Positions 8,697 through 17,051 of a stretch of DNA of 64,000 nucleotides are shown here, one piece after another. The notes under the pieces were generated by a model. It ran no database searches. It saw nothing but the letters and a program-made list of their open reading frames with translations, and was not told the DNA's origin. Every line of letters begins with the position of its first letter. Positions within the stretch are counted from its first letter, which is position 1. Position numbers and translations under genes: made by a program. The DNA is from a bacterium. Its GTDB lineage: Bacteria; Actinomycetota; Acidimicrobiia; Acidimicrobiales; Ilumatobacteraceae. The stretch lies in the NCBI GenBank assembly GCA_029977615.1, contig JAPOKO010000004.1:20207-84206 (forward strand), written 5' to 3'.

Positions 8697-9499
8697 TGGA
8701 TTTCATCGTGAATAACACTTGGGTGGTCGCTCAAAGAAAGAAAAGCGCTTTAGCTCTAGTCGCTTTACTTTCTGTGTTGATGTACCCAGTTGGAGTCGCT
8801 CGTGCAACTTGCACTATTCAATCTTCTCGGTTGCAGCAGATCTCTGAGCGTGAAATTGTGGCATTCATTGACGGCAGATGCACAAAAGAATTTGGAGAAT
8901 CCGGTTATTACACGAAGATAAGTCCTGATGTGTTTGGTGAAGTGATGTCGGTATACGGAAATCGACCCGTCGATCAGAACGGCTATGGCTGGCAGGCTTC
9001 TTATGGTTACTACATTGTGTTTCCTGAAAGCAGTGAGACTTACGCAGCTGGAGTTTGGATTGCAGACACAGATGGTGTCGTGCATTCATCGGAAATGACG
9101 ATTCGGAACTCTTTTTTTCCGACAACCACAACTTCATCGACGAGCACAACCTCAACGACGATTGCGGCGGGTAGCCAAAACGCATCTGCGGAGACAACAA
9201 ATCAGCCGGCCCCCGCGACAACGCTTTCTGATTTGATTGCTGATGATGGAGTTGAGGATGAATTTGCTGAACTGTTGGTTCGTGCAATTGGCACCAAATG
9301 GGAAATCAAAGCAGATTCGAGCTATCCGAATACTCCGATGACCGTGAAATTTCGTAAATCAGGTTCTCGTACTATTACGTGGAACTTTGTGACGACAAAT
9401 GATGGAACTCGAAGAATTCTGACTAGTCGAAATCTGTCTGGTGGCACATTGATCCTTGCAGTGCAGGGAAATGTGGTTGACCGAATATCAATTAACTAG
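8696..9499 (+). CDS. Secreted protein of unknown function, paralog B of the preceding gene
   Basis: The ATG at 8696 shares its A with the upstream TGA (GTGATG). Signal peptide ...VGVARA-TC. T/S-rich linker TTTTSSTSTTSTT. The C-domain DDGVEDEFAEL...RRILTSRNLSG is shared with paralog A. Confidence 0.7.
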   Translation: MDFIVNNTWVVAQRKKSALALVALLSVLMYPVGVARATCTIQSSRLQQISEREIVAFIDGRCTKEFGESGYYTKISPDVFGEVMSVYGNRPVDQNGYGWQASYGYYIVFPESSETYAAGVWIADTDGVVHSSEMTIRNSFFPTTTTSSTSTTSTTIAAGSQNASAETTNQPAPATTLSDLIADDGVEDEFAELLVRAIGTKWEIKADSSYPNTPMTVKFRKSGSRTITWNFVTTNDGTRRILTSRNLSGGTLILAVQGNVVDRISIN

Positions 9500-10467
9500 G
9501 CAGCGCGGAGGGCTCGCCAGATGGCGCGGTAATTGGGGTATTCGTAGACGTCATTGACGTAACCCGACTTACGCAATTCGGCGTGATATTTCGGCAAGGA
9601 ACGAAATGGAATTCCAGCGTCCGTGTGATGGGCAATGTGCCACCCAAGGTTGAACGGCACAAATAAAAAGCTTGCTATCGCGTGTTGCCGTACTGAATGT
9701 GTGGTTACTCGGCGGTCGTCGTCTGCGCGCAAGCCACCATGCTCTGCAATTGAGCGGAGTCGATTCATTACTCGCCACACCGTCAGTTGAGGAATGAACC
9801 AAAACGCAACATATACGAGTGGGTGAGAAACAAGTGAAATCGAAACGAGCAAGACAAGTTGAGTGACGAGAATTTTCACTTGTGTTCGTTTGCCGAATCC
9901 ATCTTTACGCAGGGGATGACGAAATTGATCACGGATCATTTTTAAACCGGTAATGCCCAATGCGTCGCGACGCATCTTTCGCCAGAAACTGTCGCTTGTG
10001 ATTGGGTAGTTGGCGTATAGCGGGATGTCTGGTTCGTTTGGTCCGAACTCTTCGCGATGATGCGCCATGTGCACGTAGCGATACGCATCGGAGTTCACAA
10101 ATGACAGATACCCGAGCAACCATCTGCCGGCGAAGTCATTGAATTTTCGGTTGCTGAACAGCAGTCGGTGCACAGATTCGTGCATCATGGCCAAAATTTG
10201 CGCATGAGCACGCCCCATCAACACGAATGCGATGACGTATGTAAGTGGATTGTGGAGCGTTAGTGCAGCCCACACGATGGCAATGTTCTGAACATAGATA
10301 CCGGCAACCGAAATTGCATTGCGAACATTTGGGATGCGACGCAATTCGGCACGTAATTCTGGTTTTGGGTGACCATTTGGCGTGATGCGGGAAGAGGGCA
10401 GCACTTCAGTAAATGCAGACGAATTGGGAACCATTCCGCCGAGGCGAGGTGAGGCCTGAGTGCTCAT
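9496..10467 (-). CDS. Membrane fatty-acid desaturase family protein
   Basis: 323 aa. Three His boxes (HESVH, HMAHHRE, HIAHH) plus hydrophobic segments. Confidence 0.85.
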   Translation of the reverse strand: MSTQASPRLGGMVPNSSAFTEVLPSSRITPNGHPKPELRAELRRIPNVRNAISVAGIYVQNIAIVWAALTLHNPLTYVIAFVLMGRAHAQILAMMHESVHRLLFSNRKFNDFAGRWLLGYLSFVNSDAYRYVHMAHHREEFGPNEPDIPLYANYPITSDSFWRKMRRDALGITGLKMIRDQFRHPLRKDGFGKRTQVKILVTQLVLLVSISLVSHPLVYVAFWFIPQLTVWRVMNRLRSIAEHGGLRADDDRRVTTHSVRQHAIASFLFVPFNLGWHIAHHTDAGIPFRSLPKYHAELRKSGYVNDVYEYPNYRAIWRALRAA

Positions 10468-10477
10468 TGAGAACTGT

Positions 10478-11095
10478 TTACCACTTGCGATCTACCCACT
10501 CCTGAAGGTGCGGGCGTTCGTTGCCAATAGTGGTGTTAAGGCCGTGCCCTGGAAGAACGATGGTGTCGGCTGGAAACGTGAACAACTTCGTATCGATGGA
10601 ATGAATGATGGTGTTGAAGTCGCCGCCTTCGAGCGCGGTGTTGCCCGGGCCACCCGGAAACAATGTGTCACCAGTGAAGAGCAGCGGTGTATTTGCAACA
10701 GCGAATGAAATGGAGCCTTCTGTGTGCCCAGGGTTATGAATGGCATGCAGGCGAAGTTTTCCCACTTCAATCACTTCAGCGTCATCAATGAACACGTCGT
10801 AGCCGACATCTTTTAATCGCGGTGCGTCTAACGCTGTTACAGCAACTTCGTAACCTGCCTCGCGCATTGCAGGCACAGCTTGAATGTGATCCCAGTGACC
10901 GTGCGTTTCAAGCACGCGTCGTACTCCAAGTGCACGGCACAACTCCAGGAGCTGTTCGTGTTCGTTTGCTGCGTCAATAAGGACTGCTTCACCAGTGGCT
11001 GTGCACCGAATAACAAACACGTTGTTGTCGTATGGCCCAACAACGACCTTGTGCACTTCAACGGTGGAGTCTTTCCAATGCAGAGTTGTGCTCAT
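10478..11095 (-). CDS. MBL-fold metallo-hydrolase (glyoxalase-II-like)
   Basis: 205 aa. Has the HGHWDH metal motif and NPGHTEGS. Its ATG overlaps the vapC stop (ATGA at 11092-11095). Confidence 0.85.
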   Translation of the reverse strand: MSTTLHWKDSTVEVHKVVVGPYDNNVFVIRCTATGEAVLIDAANEHEQLLELCRALGVRRVLETHGHWDHIQAVPAMREAGYEVAVTALDAPRLKDVGYDVFIDDAEVIEVGKLRLHAIHNPGHTEGSISFAVANTPLLFTGDTLFPGGPGNTALEGGDFNTIIHSIDTKLFTFPADTIVLPGHGLNTTIGNERPHLQEWVDRKW

Positions 11096-11496
11096 GTTGA
11101 AACGACCTCGAATCCAAGTGAGAGTGCTACGGGTATCTGCGCTGGGTCAAACGTTACAAATGAAACGGGTTGCGGAAGACGTTGAGCAGCAGAAAGGTGG
11201 AGTGCATCGCTGATGTGCAGCGGCTGTTCACGAATGAGGTGCGATGCATCGTCGAGGCAGCGTTGATCGAGTGGAACCACTGCAACGTAATCCCATGTAT
11301 GACGTATGGCATCTTCAAGATCGCGGCGAAGTATTGGCTCTTCGGTCAGGCGGTCAATTGCTGCGAGAGCTTCTGTGAGAGCAATTGCGCTGGCACACCA
11401 GTGTGGGTCACTCTTCAATGCATCGTGAGTGATGTTTCTTGCAGGTCCAGAAATGTGCAATGCAATGAGTGCACTGGTGTCTAGTACAACGGTCAT
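11092..11496 (-). CDS. vapC: Type II toxin VapC (PIN-domain ribonuclease)
   Basis: 134 aa. PIN acidic residues sit in VVLDTSALIAL, ALTEA, ISDALHL and TFDP. It overlaps the upstream antitoxin gene by 4 nt. Confidence 0.85.
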   Translation of the reverse strand: MTVVLDTSALIALHISGPARNITHDALKSDPHWCASAIALTEALAAIDRLTEEPILRRDLEDAIRHTWDYVAVVPLDQRCLDDASHLIREQPLHISDALHLSAAQRLPQPVSFVTFDPAQIPVALSLGFEVVST

Positions 11497-11795
11497 CCGC
11501 GCACTTCGCGTAGTAGTTGGTCGATGCGTGCTCCGCTGTGAACTGAAACTGGTTCGCTCAAAACGAAAGCATCTTTTCTGCGTGGGGCAATGAGTGCAGT
11601 CTTAGCAATAAGTTCCGTGATGGAAACTTGATTGCTCGTTAGATGCAGTGGCCCGAGAAGCGCGACGGGTTCTCCGCTCACCGAGATCACAATGTTCTCG
11701 CCAGCCCCAGCGCGCTGAACGTACTTTGCAGACTGTTCCCGGAGTTCGCGAATACCCAGATGCCTTGCGGTCGTTGGCTTTGTTTGCTTGGCCAT
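11493..11795 (-). CDS. Type II antitoxin (Phd/YefM- or VapB-like) paired with VapC
   Basis: 100 aa, directly upstream of and overlapping vapC. The N-terminus IRELREQSAKYVQRAGAGENIVISVSGEPVALLGPL is Phd/YefM-like. Confidence 0.75.
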   Translation of the reverse strand: MAKQTKPTTARHLGIRELREQSAKYVQRAGAGENIVISVSGEPVALLGPLHLTSNQVSITELIAKTALIAPRRKDAFVLSEPVSVHSGARIDQLLREVRG

Positions 11796-11826
11796 AAGGA
11801 CAGGCTAGGCCAAAGTCGCCTTTTTT

Positions 11827-11844
11827 GTGTACATAGGTGTACAC
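11827..11844. promoter_or_regulatory. GTGTACA-N3-GTGTACAC repeat/palindrome; candidate antitoxin autoregulatory operator
   Basis: Read directly. There are two TGTACA palindromic cores 10 nt apart, about 35-50 nt upstream of the antitoxin start and in the divergent region toward the acyl-CoA dehydrogenase gene. Confidence 0.3.
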
Positions 11845-11888
11845 ACTTGAATTGGCGCAGAGTTAACCCCGTGGGTAAGGATGTTGGC

Positions 11889-13004
11889 ATGAACTTTGCA
11901 TTTACAGAAGAACAAGAAGAACTCCGTAAAACAGTCCGTGCGTTTCTCGAGTCGAAGTCGCCAGAAACCGCAGTGCGCGAGCAGATGGAAACCGAAAATG
12001 GTTTTGACCCTGCAGTGTGGTCACAAATGGGTGAGCAGATGGGCTTGCAGGGTTTGTCAATTCCTGAAGAGTTCGGTGGCTCCGGTTATAGCTTCATCGA
12101 GCAGGGTGTAGTTCTTGAGGAAATGGGACGGGCATTGCTGTGTGCACCGTATTTCTCCACAGTTGTTCTTGCGGCAAATACGTTGTTGCTCAGCGGCGAC
12201 GAGGCAGCAAAGAAGAAGTCATTGCCAGGAATTGCAAGTGGCGAATTCACAGCAACGCTTGCCACCACCGAACCTTCGGGTAAGTGGGATGAAAAGGGAA
12301 TCACCATGGAAGCCAAGGGCAGCGGAAGCGATTTCACGCTGACCGGCACCAAGATGTTCGTTATTGACGGACATACTGCAGATTTGATCATCGTTGCCGC
12401 GCGCACTGGCAAGGGTGTTTCGTTGTTCGCAGTAGATGGCAAAGCAAAGGGACTTACTCGCACCGCTCTTTCCACCATGGACCAAACGCGCAAGCAAGCG
12501 AAGTTGGAGTTCAATTCAACTCCTGCAACGCTGATTGGCACCGAAGGCAAGGGCTGGGACGTGTTGAGCAAAGTGTTCGATCTTGCAGCTGTTGCACTTG
12601 CTGCAGAACAAGTTGGTGGCGCTCAGAAAGTTCTTGAAATGGCAGTTGAGTACGCGAAGGTTCGCGTGCAGTTCGGTCGCCCAATTGGTTCGTTCCAAGC
12701 AATCAAGCACAAGTGTGCAGATATGTTGCTTGAAGTTGAATCAGCAAAGTCAGCTGCTTACTACGGCATGTGGTGTGCAGCTGAAATGAACGACGAACTT
12801 GCTTCGGTTGCTTCACTTGCTAAGGCCTATTGCTCAGAGGCGTACTTCCACGCTGCGGCTGAGAACATTCAGATCCATGGCGGTATCGGCTTTACCTGGG
12901 AACACCCAGCGCACTTGTACTTCAAGCGTGCAAAGTCGAGTGAGTTGTTGTTCGGTGATCCTTCGTATCACCGTGAACTTCTTGCACAGCGCATTGGCAT
13001 CTAA
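11889..13004 (+). CDS. Acyl-CoA dehydrogenase family protein
   Basis: An ATG at 11889 gives MNFAFTEEQEELRKTVRAFLE, the canonical ACAD N-terminus. The C-terminus has IQIHGGIGFTWEHPAHLYFKRA. The track extension back to 11643 overlaps the antitoxin gene and was trimmed. Confidence 0.9.
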   Translation: MNFAFTEEQEELRKTVRAFLESKSPETAVREQMETENGFDPAVWSQMGEQMGLQGLSIPEEFGGSGYSFIEQGVVLEEMGRALLCAPYFSTVVLAANTLLLSGDEAAKKKSLPGIASGEFTATLATTEPSGKWDEKGITMEAKGSGSDFTLTGTKMFVIDGHTADLIIVAARTGKGVSLFAVDGKAKGLTRTALSTMDQTRKQAKLEFNSTPATLIGTEGKGWDVLSKVFDLAAVALAAEQVGGAQKVLEMAVEYAKVRVQFGRPIGSFQAIKHKCADMLLEVESAKSAAYYGMWCAAEMNDELASVASLAKAYCSEAYFHAAAENIQIHGGIGFTWEHPAHLYFKRAKSSELLFGDPSYHRELLAQRIGI

Positions 13005-13018
13005 GTGAGAAGCGCAGC

Positions 13019-13477
13019 ATGTCTGCGATAACACTTCTCTTTGCAGCACTTTCTGCAGTTTCGACGTTTGTCATTGCTGCGGTCGTGATCGGTCGCGAAG
13101 CACATCGTTTAGATGGTGTTGCTCCGCGCGCGGTATACGACCCAGATGAGGCGACACGATATGTGGCAGATCACTTGCCAGTGGATACGCAGTCGCGCTT
13201 GACCTTTGACGAACTTCGCAAGTTGCTCGTTTTGCATATGCGCTGGATGCACGATAAAGGCCTGCAGCCTGCGGACGTTATTGATCGCAAGCAAGACATT
13301 GATTCGACAATTGTTGTCGGAGAAGAAACGCTTACGGCGTATCTGATTGGTAAGGCCGAGGAGTCAAATATTGATGTGTTGGACGATGTCGACGTTGTGC
13401 ACGTAGTACGCGCGCACCTCGACTATTTCGAAGCAATTGGGGCAGTTGGCCCTAGTGCTTCTACCAATGACCTCTGA
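13019..13477 (+). CDS. Hypothetical protein with N-terminal TM anchor
   Basis: 152 aa. Hydrophobic N-terminus MSAITLLFAALSAVSTFVIAAVVIG followed by a charged soluble part. No family recognised. Confidence 0.55.
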   Translation: MSAITLLFAALSAVSTFVIAAVVIGREAHRLDGVAPRAVYDPDEATRYVADHLPVDTQSRLTFDELRKLLVLHMRWMHDKGLQPADVIDRKQDIDSTIVVGEETLTAYLIGKAEESNIDVLDDVDVVHVVRAHLDYFEAIGAVGPSASTNDL

Positions 13478-14991
13478 CCAAGAACGTTTTGCTTCCACAC
13501 CGAGATGTAGCGCTCGAGATGTGGGTTGAAATACGGGTCATCGTCTAATTTGTCGCGCCAGCGCTTGCCGATTGATGCAACTTCAAACGGCCGCAGTTTA
13601 GGAGAACGAGTTTTCGACTCAAAGTGGTACAGCTGCGCGTGTGGGGTCCAGATGATTCGGTATCCGGCGTCACGCAATTTCAATCCGAAATCGACATCGT
13701 TGTAGTTGGATGGAAACAGCGTGCACAAGCCGCCCACTTCAAGGAATGCGCTGCGTTTAATGAGCACGCAAGCTGCGATAACACCTGAAACCTCACGTTG
13801 AACACGCAGCATGTTCTGTGCTCCAACATGCTGAGGCGAACGATGTCGGTATAGGTCGTAGGGGATTGGGTTCAAAATGTGGCCAGCGCTTTGGATAAGA
13901 CCGTCTTCGTAGAGCAACAAGGGTCCGGCCATGGCAACTTCTGGATCTTCGAGAAGACCCATGAGTGTTTCAATGGCATCGGGTGAAATGAATTCCGTAT
14001 CGTCGTTTAACAGCAAGATGTAATCACCATCGGAATTCACTACTCCAAGGTTCACCTTTTCGGCAAAATTGAATTCTTGGTCGTACTCCACCACCTTGAT
14101 CAAATTCGAGCCAGCATCAATAATTTCGTTGCGTGACTCCTCTGTAGTTTCCTTATCCAAAACCGCAACGATTTCGAGGTTTTTATAGGTACAGGTATTT
14201 CGAAGTGAACGAATGGCATGCGCAGCCATGACGATATTCTTGCCCCGAATTTCTTGCACGGTTCCTCGCGTAGGCACAATGACACTGATCTTTGGCTTGC
14301 GAGAGACATGTCGATTAACGCGCACAACTGGAACGTGTGCATCGATGCTGCATACAGCGTTAATTCCTGTTCGCGTGCAATGTTCGGTGACCGCGTCAAG
14401 GCTTGCCGTTGGTTCTATGCGATCTTGCGTAGACACGCTTAAAATTTCGGCAATTCGGACAGCGTTCTTGCTGTGCTCGGAAAGGCGTAGTGATCGGTCG
14501 TGGCTGTGCAGTTTGGAAAGGAATGTTGCACCACCAGCAGAAGCTGCAACGCGTGCTCGTACTGCAACCAAATCGCCAACATAGTTGTGCGAACGTAGGC
14601 GTTCAGGAGACCAGCCAGGGCGGCGCACATTCGTGACTTCCTCGAACCGAGATGGCCTGCCGTGCGAGGAATCGCCGTAAATGAAGTCGATACCTGGTTG
14701 CTCGGTAAGTTTTTGGTCGATTATTTCCAGAGCGTTGGGGGAGAGTTCGTCTCCTGCGCGCAGAAATACCACGACAGCATGTTCGATTACCACGACATCG
14801 CTTCGTGCAATCACAATTGGGCTAGTTCGCATCTTTCGCGTTCGCGTGACGCGTTCATGATCGAGAGATGATTCGCTAATGATCCAATGATTTGGAACGA
14901 TGCTACTTTCAAGTAGCGAGTTGGCAGTTTTACGAAGTTGGCGGACCGAGCAATGTGCTCCGCTAGTCACAATAATAAACGAGTGTCTCAA
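13423..14991 (-). CDS. Family 2 glycosyltransferase with a long, degenerate GT-like N-terminal region
   Basis: 522 aa. GT2 core ISVIVPTRG ... ILLLNDDTEF ... CVLIKRSAF ... DVDFGLKLRDAGYRIIW. Confidence 0.85.
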   Translation of the reverse strand: MRHSFIIVTSGAHCSVRQLRKTANSLLESSIVPNHWIISESSLDHERVTRTRKMRTSPIVIARSDVVVIEHAVVVFLRAGDELSPNALEIIDQKLTEQPGIDFIYGDSSHGRPSRFEEVTNVRRPGWSPERLRSHNYVGDLVAVRARVAASAGGATFLSKLHSHDRSLRLSEHSKNAVRIAEILSVSTQDRIEPTASLDAVTEHCTRTGINAVCSIDAHVPVVRVNRHVSRKPKISVIVPTRGTVQEIRGKNIVMAAHAIRSLRNTCTYKNLEIVAVLDKETTEESRNEIIDAGSNLIKVVEYDQEFNFAEKVNLGVVNSDGDYILLLNDDTEFISPDAIETLMGLLEDPEVAMAGPLLLYEDGLIQSAGHILNPIPYDLYRHRSPQHVGAQNMLRVQREVSGVIAACVLIKRSAFLEVGGLCTLFPSNYNDVDFGLKLRDAGYRIIWTPHAQLYHFESKTRSPKLRPFEVASIGKRWRDKLDDDPYFNPHLERYISVWKQNVLGQRSLVEALGPTAPIASK

Positions 14992-15263
14992 GATGCAGCC
15001 TTCTTAATGGCGAAGCGAACCCATCGTGGAGCATGGCGATAGGCGAAACGAACTGGACGCAACCAACCTTGGTGAACCCAATCGATTTGCTGGGAAGCCT
15101 GGCTTTCGCGCGCAAAGGACTTACTGAAGTGGTAATCCTCCATCGAGGCGTCCTTGCCGTACTTGGCAGTTACCCGCAGCTCTGCACGGGCGCCGAACTC
15201 GGCGTCTCGAGCAACAAGTTCCTCTAGTTTTGCGTTCACCGCAGGATCGTGTGACAACGCCAT
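14988..15263 (-). CDS. Hypothetical protein
   Basis: I chose the ATG at 15263 (MALSHDPAVNAKLEEL...) to avoid overlap with the upstream gene ending at 15293. It overlaps the GT2 start by 4 nt. No family recognised. Confidence 0.45.
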   Translation of the reverse strand: MALSHDPAVNAKLEELVARDAEFGARAELRVTAKYGKDASMEDYHFSKSFARESQASQQIDWVHQGWLRPVRFAYRHAPRWVRFAIKKAAS

Positions 15264-15292
15264 GTATCTAAGCCTAATGATCGAGAAAAGTC

Positions 15293-16093
15293 CTAGATCA
15301 TCATGTTCAGTTGACTGACAATTCGCTGTGCATGTGCAGTGTCGCCAGTAGATATCCAATCCAACTCGGTAGATAGTTTCCTGCCGGTAGCGAGTGCTGT
15401 AAACACAGTGCTATCCATCGAAATCTCGCACAACAAATTGGCTGGGGCTGAAGTAACAATGTTTGCGCGCCCTTCTATAACCGAAATATAAATGGTTCGT
15501 TGCACTGCGCCAGAAATGTTGATAAGTACTGATTGGCCCTCTGGAGTGGCGGCGCGTTTACCTACAACGATGGGAAGAGTGCGGATGAGTCGGTCAATGG
15601 TGTGTTCTGCACAAGGTCCGCCATGGTTGCCGGCAATGTTCAAAGCACGTCGAATATCTTGATCGTGAATCCATATGTCGAGAATGCGAATGTCGAGGAA
15701 ATCTCCAAGAGTTCCAGGACCCGTTGGCATCATCATTGGCTTAGAAAAATACTCCGCATCGGCGGTTCGAAGTTGCTGAGCGCGCTCTGCTGCAGTTGCT
15801 TTCCATTCGGCAAACACTTCGCTTCCTGAAAGCGAACGGCGTACATCAATTTCATGCTCGTTGTGTTCACCGATCGGATTTTTGATGTAGTCATACTTTG
15901 GCGATTTGTGAGTGGTTGGCGGTTTGCCAAGCAACATATTCTCAATGCCAACGAGGTGCGAAATGTTGTCCTGCACACTCCAACCGGGGCAATCTGTCGC
16001 TGTCTTCCACTGCGACTCAGTGAGCGGCGCGCACAGTTCGGTTAATGCATCCATTACTTGAATGGTTAGGGAAACTTTTTGCTCAATACTCAT
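15293..16093 (-). CDS. Mycothiol-dependent maleylpyruvate isomerase family (DinB-like, TIGR03083-type) protein
   Basis: An ATG at 16093 gives MSIEQKVSLTIQVMDALTELCAPLTESQWKTATDCPGWSVQDNISHLVG, the typical N-terminal domain of this actinobacterial family. The track start at 16258 overlaps the next gene and was trimmed. Confidence 0.75.
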   Translation of the reverse strand: MSIEQKVSLTIQVMDALTELCAPLTESQWKTATDCPGWSVQDNISHLVGIENMLLGKPPTTHKSPKYDYIKNPIGEHNEHEIDVRRSLSGSEVFAEWKATAAERAQQLRTADAEYFSKPMMMPTGPGTLGDFLDIRILDIWIHDQDIRRALNIAGNHGGPCAEHTIDRLIRTLPIVVGKRAATPEGQSVLINISGAVQRTIYISVIEGRANIVTSAPANLLCEISMDSTVFTALATGRKLSTELDWISTGDTAHAQRIVSQLNMMI

Positions 16094-16100
16094 GCGTGCC

Positions 16101-16799
16101 TCACAGTGCTGGGTTTTGTACAGTTTTCCATTCGCGTGCCTTGAGATACGGGTTGAAGACATTGCCGATGTGTTCAAGGTCTGCTTGGGTCTTTGGTGTC
16201 TTGATTTCGTACAGACCAGGGAAGTGTGCATACGAAACCGTGAGGTCCCACAGTTCAATCGCGTCGTTTCCTTCTGGCGCTGGAACGACTACCGGCCCAA
16301 ACACTGCGCGACCTGTTGCAAACTTGAGAATAGGAACTCCAAATCCTCCGAGTTCCTTCACTGCAAATTCGTGATCGTTGCGCACATCGTCATGCGTGCT
16401 CGCATCAGCCAATGCATCGTTCCAAGCATTCAGTGGAGCACCAATGTCTGCAAGCAGTTGCAGTGCAGTATTTTCCTCGTATGGTCGTCGACCCTCAATA
16501 TGTAATGCATTGCCAATTGCTTCGTACCACTTGTCGCACAAATCCATGTCAATGCGACGCAGCCATGCACCAATGCGCATCGGCGTCCAACCAAAAGAAA
16601 CCTCGCGCTCCCACGGGTGTTTTTTCCCTTCAAGACGGTTGGTCTCTTCCAGACTGAAGAATTTCCAATTGATGGCGACGCCGTTTTTAGATCGCACATT
16701 GCGAACCCACAGCGAGGTTTGATGGGCCCAAGGGCACATGGGGTCAAAATAGAAGTCCACGGCTGAAACTGACTTCGGGTTGTGCTTCGAGGTCGTCAT
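16101..16799 (-). CDS. DsbA-fold thiol oxidoreductase, Rv2466c (mycoredoxin-2 / mycothiol-dependent reductase)-like
   Basis: 232 aa. FYFDPMCPWAHQTSLWV (CPWx active site) and the C-terminal FGVPILKF..GRAVFGPVV...LWDLTVSYAHFPGLYEIK resemble M. tuberculosis Rv2466c as I remember it. Confidence 0.75.
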   Translation of the reverse strand: MTTSKHNPKSVSAVDFYFDPMCPWAHQTSLWVRNVRSKNGVAINWKFFSLEETNRLEGKKHPWEREVSFGWTPMRIGAWLRRIDMDLCDKWYEAIGNALHIEGRRPYEENTALQLLADIGAPLNAWNDALADASTHDDVRNDHEFAVKELGGFGVPILKFATGRAVFGPVVVPAPEGNDAIELWDLTVSYAHFPGLYEIKTPKTQADLEHIGNVFNPYLKAREWKTVQNPAL

Positions 16800-16823
16800 G
16801 GTCTCAGACTAGATTTAATTGCT

Positions 16824-17048
16824 ATGAAACGTCCTAGTCGGTTTGAACACACACGATTCCTTGGCGATAAGCGCACCCAATTGGTCTACGACCTAGACGA
16901 ATGGACCGACGAAGATGTGGTCAATGAGATTTCGGAGAGTGGCGTGGGGCTGTGCTTTGGTCCTGACACGCTGGCTGAAGCACGAAATCGCGGCTATACC
17001 TTGGCCGTTCCTGGCGTCTCGCGTCGCCACCTTAAGCCACGCGCATAA
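16824..17048 (+). CDS. Small hypothetical protein
   Basis: 74 aa from the ATG at 16824 (MKRPSRFEHTRFLGDKRTQLVYDLDEW...). It fills an otherwise empty gap. No family recognised. Confidence 0.35.
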   Translation: MKRPSRFEHTRFLGDKRTQLVYDLDEWTDEDVVNEISESGVGLCFGPDTLAEARNRGYTLAVPGVSRRHLKPRA

Positions 17049-17051
17049 GTC

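Noticed and set aside
11643-11888. 246-nt 5' extension of the acyl-CoA dehydrogenase ORF in the track
   Set aside because: The extension runs antisense through the antitoxin gene and has arbitrary sequence. The canonical ACAD N-terminus MNFAFTEEQEELR begins at the ATG at 11889.
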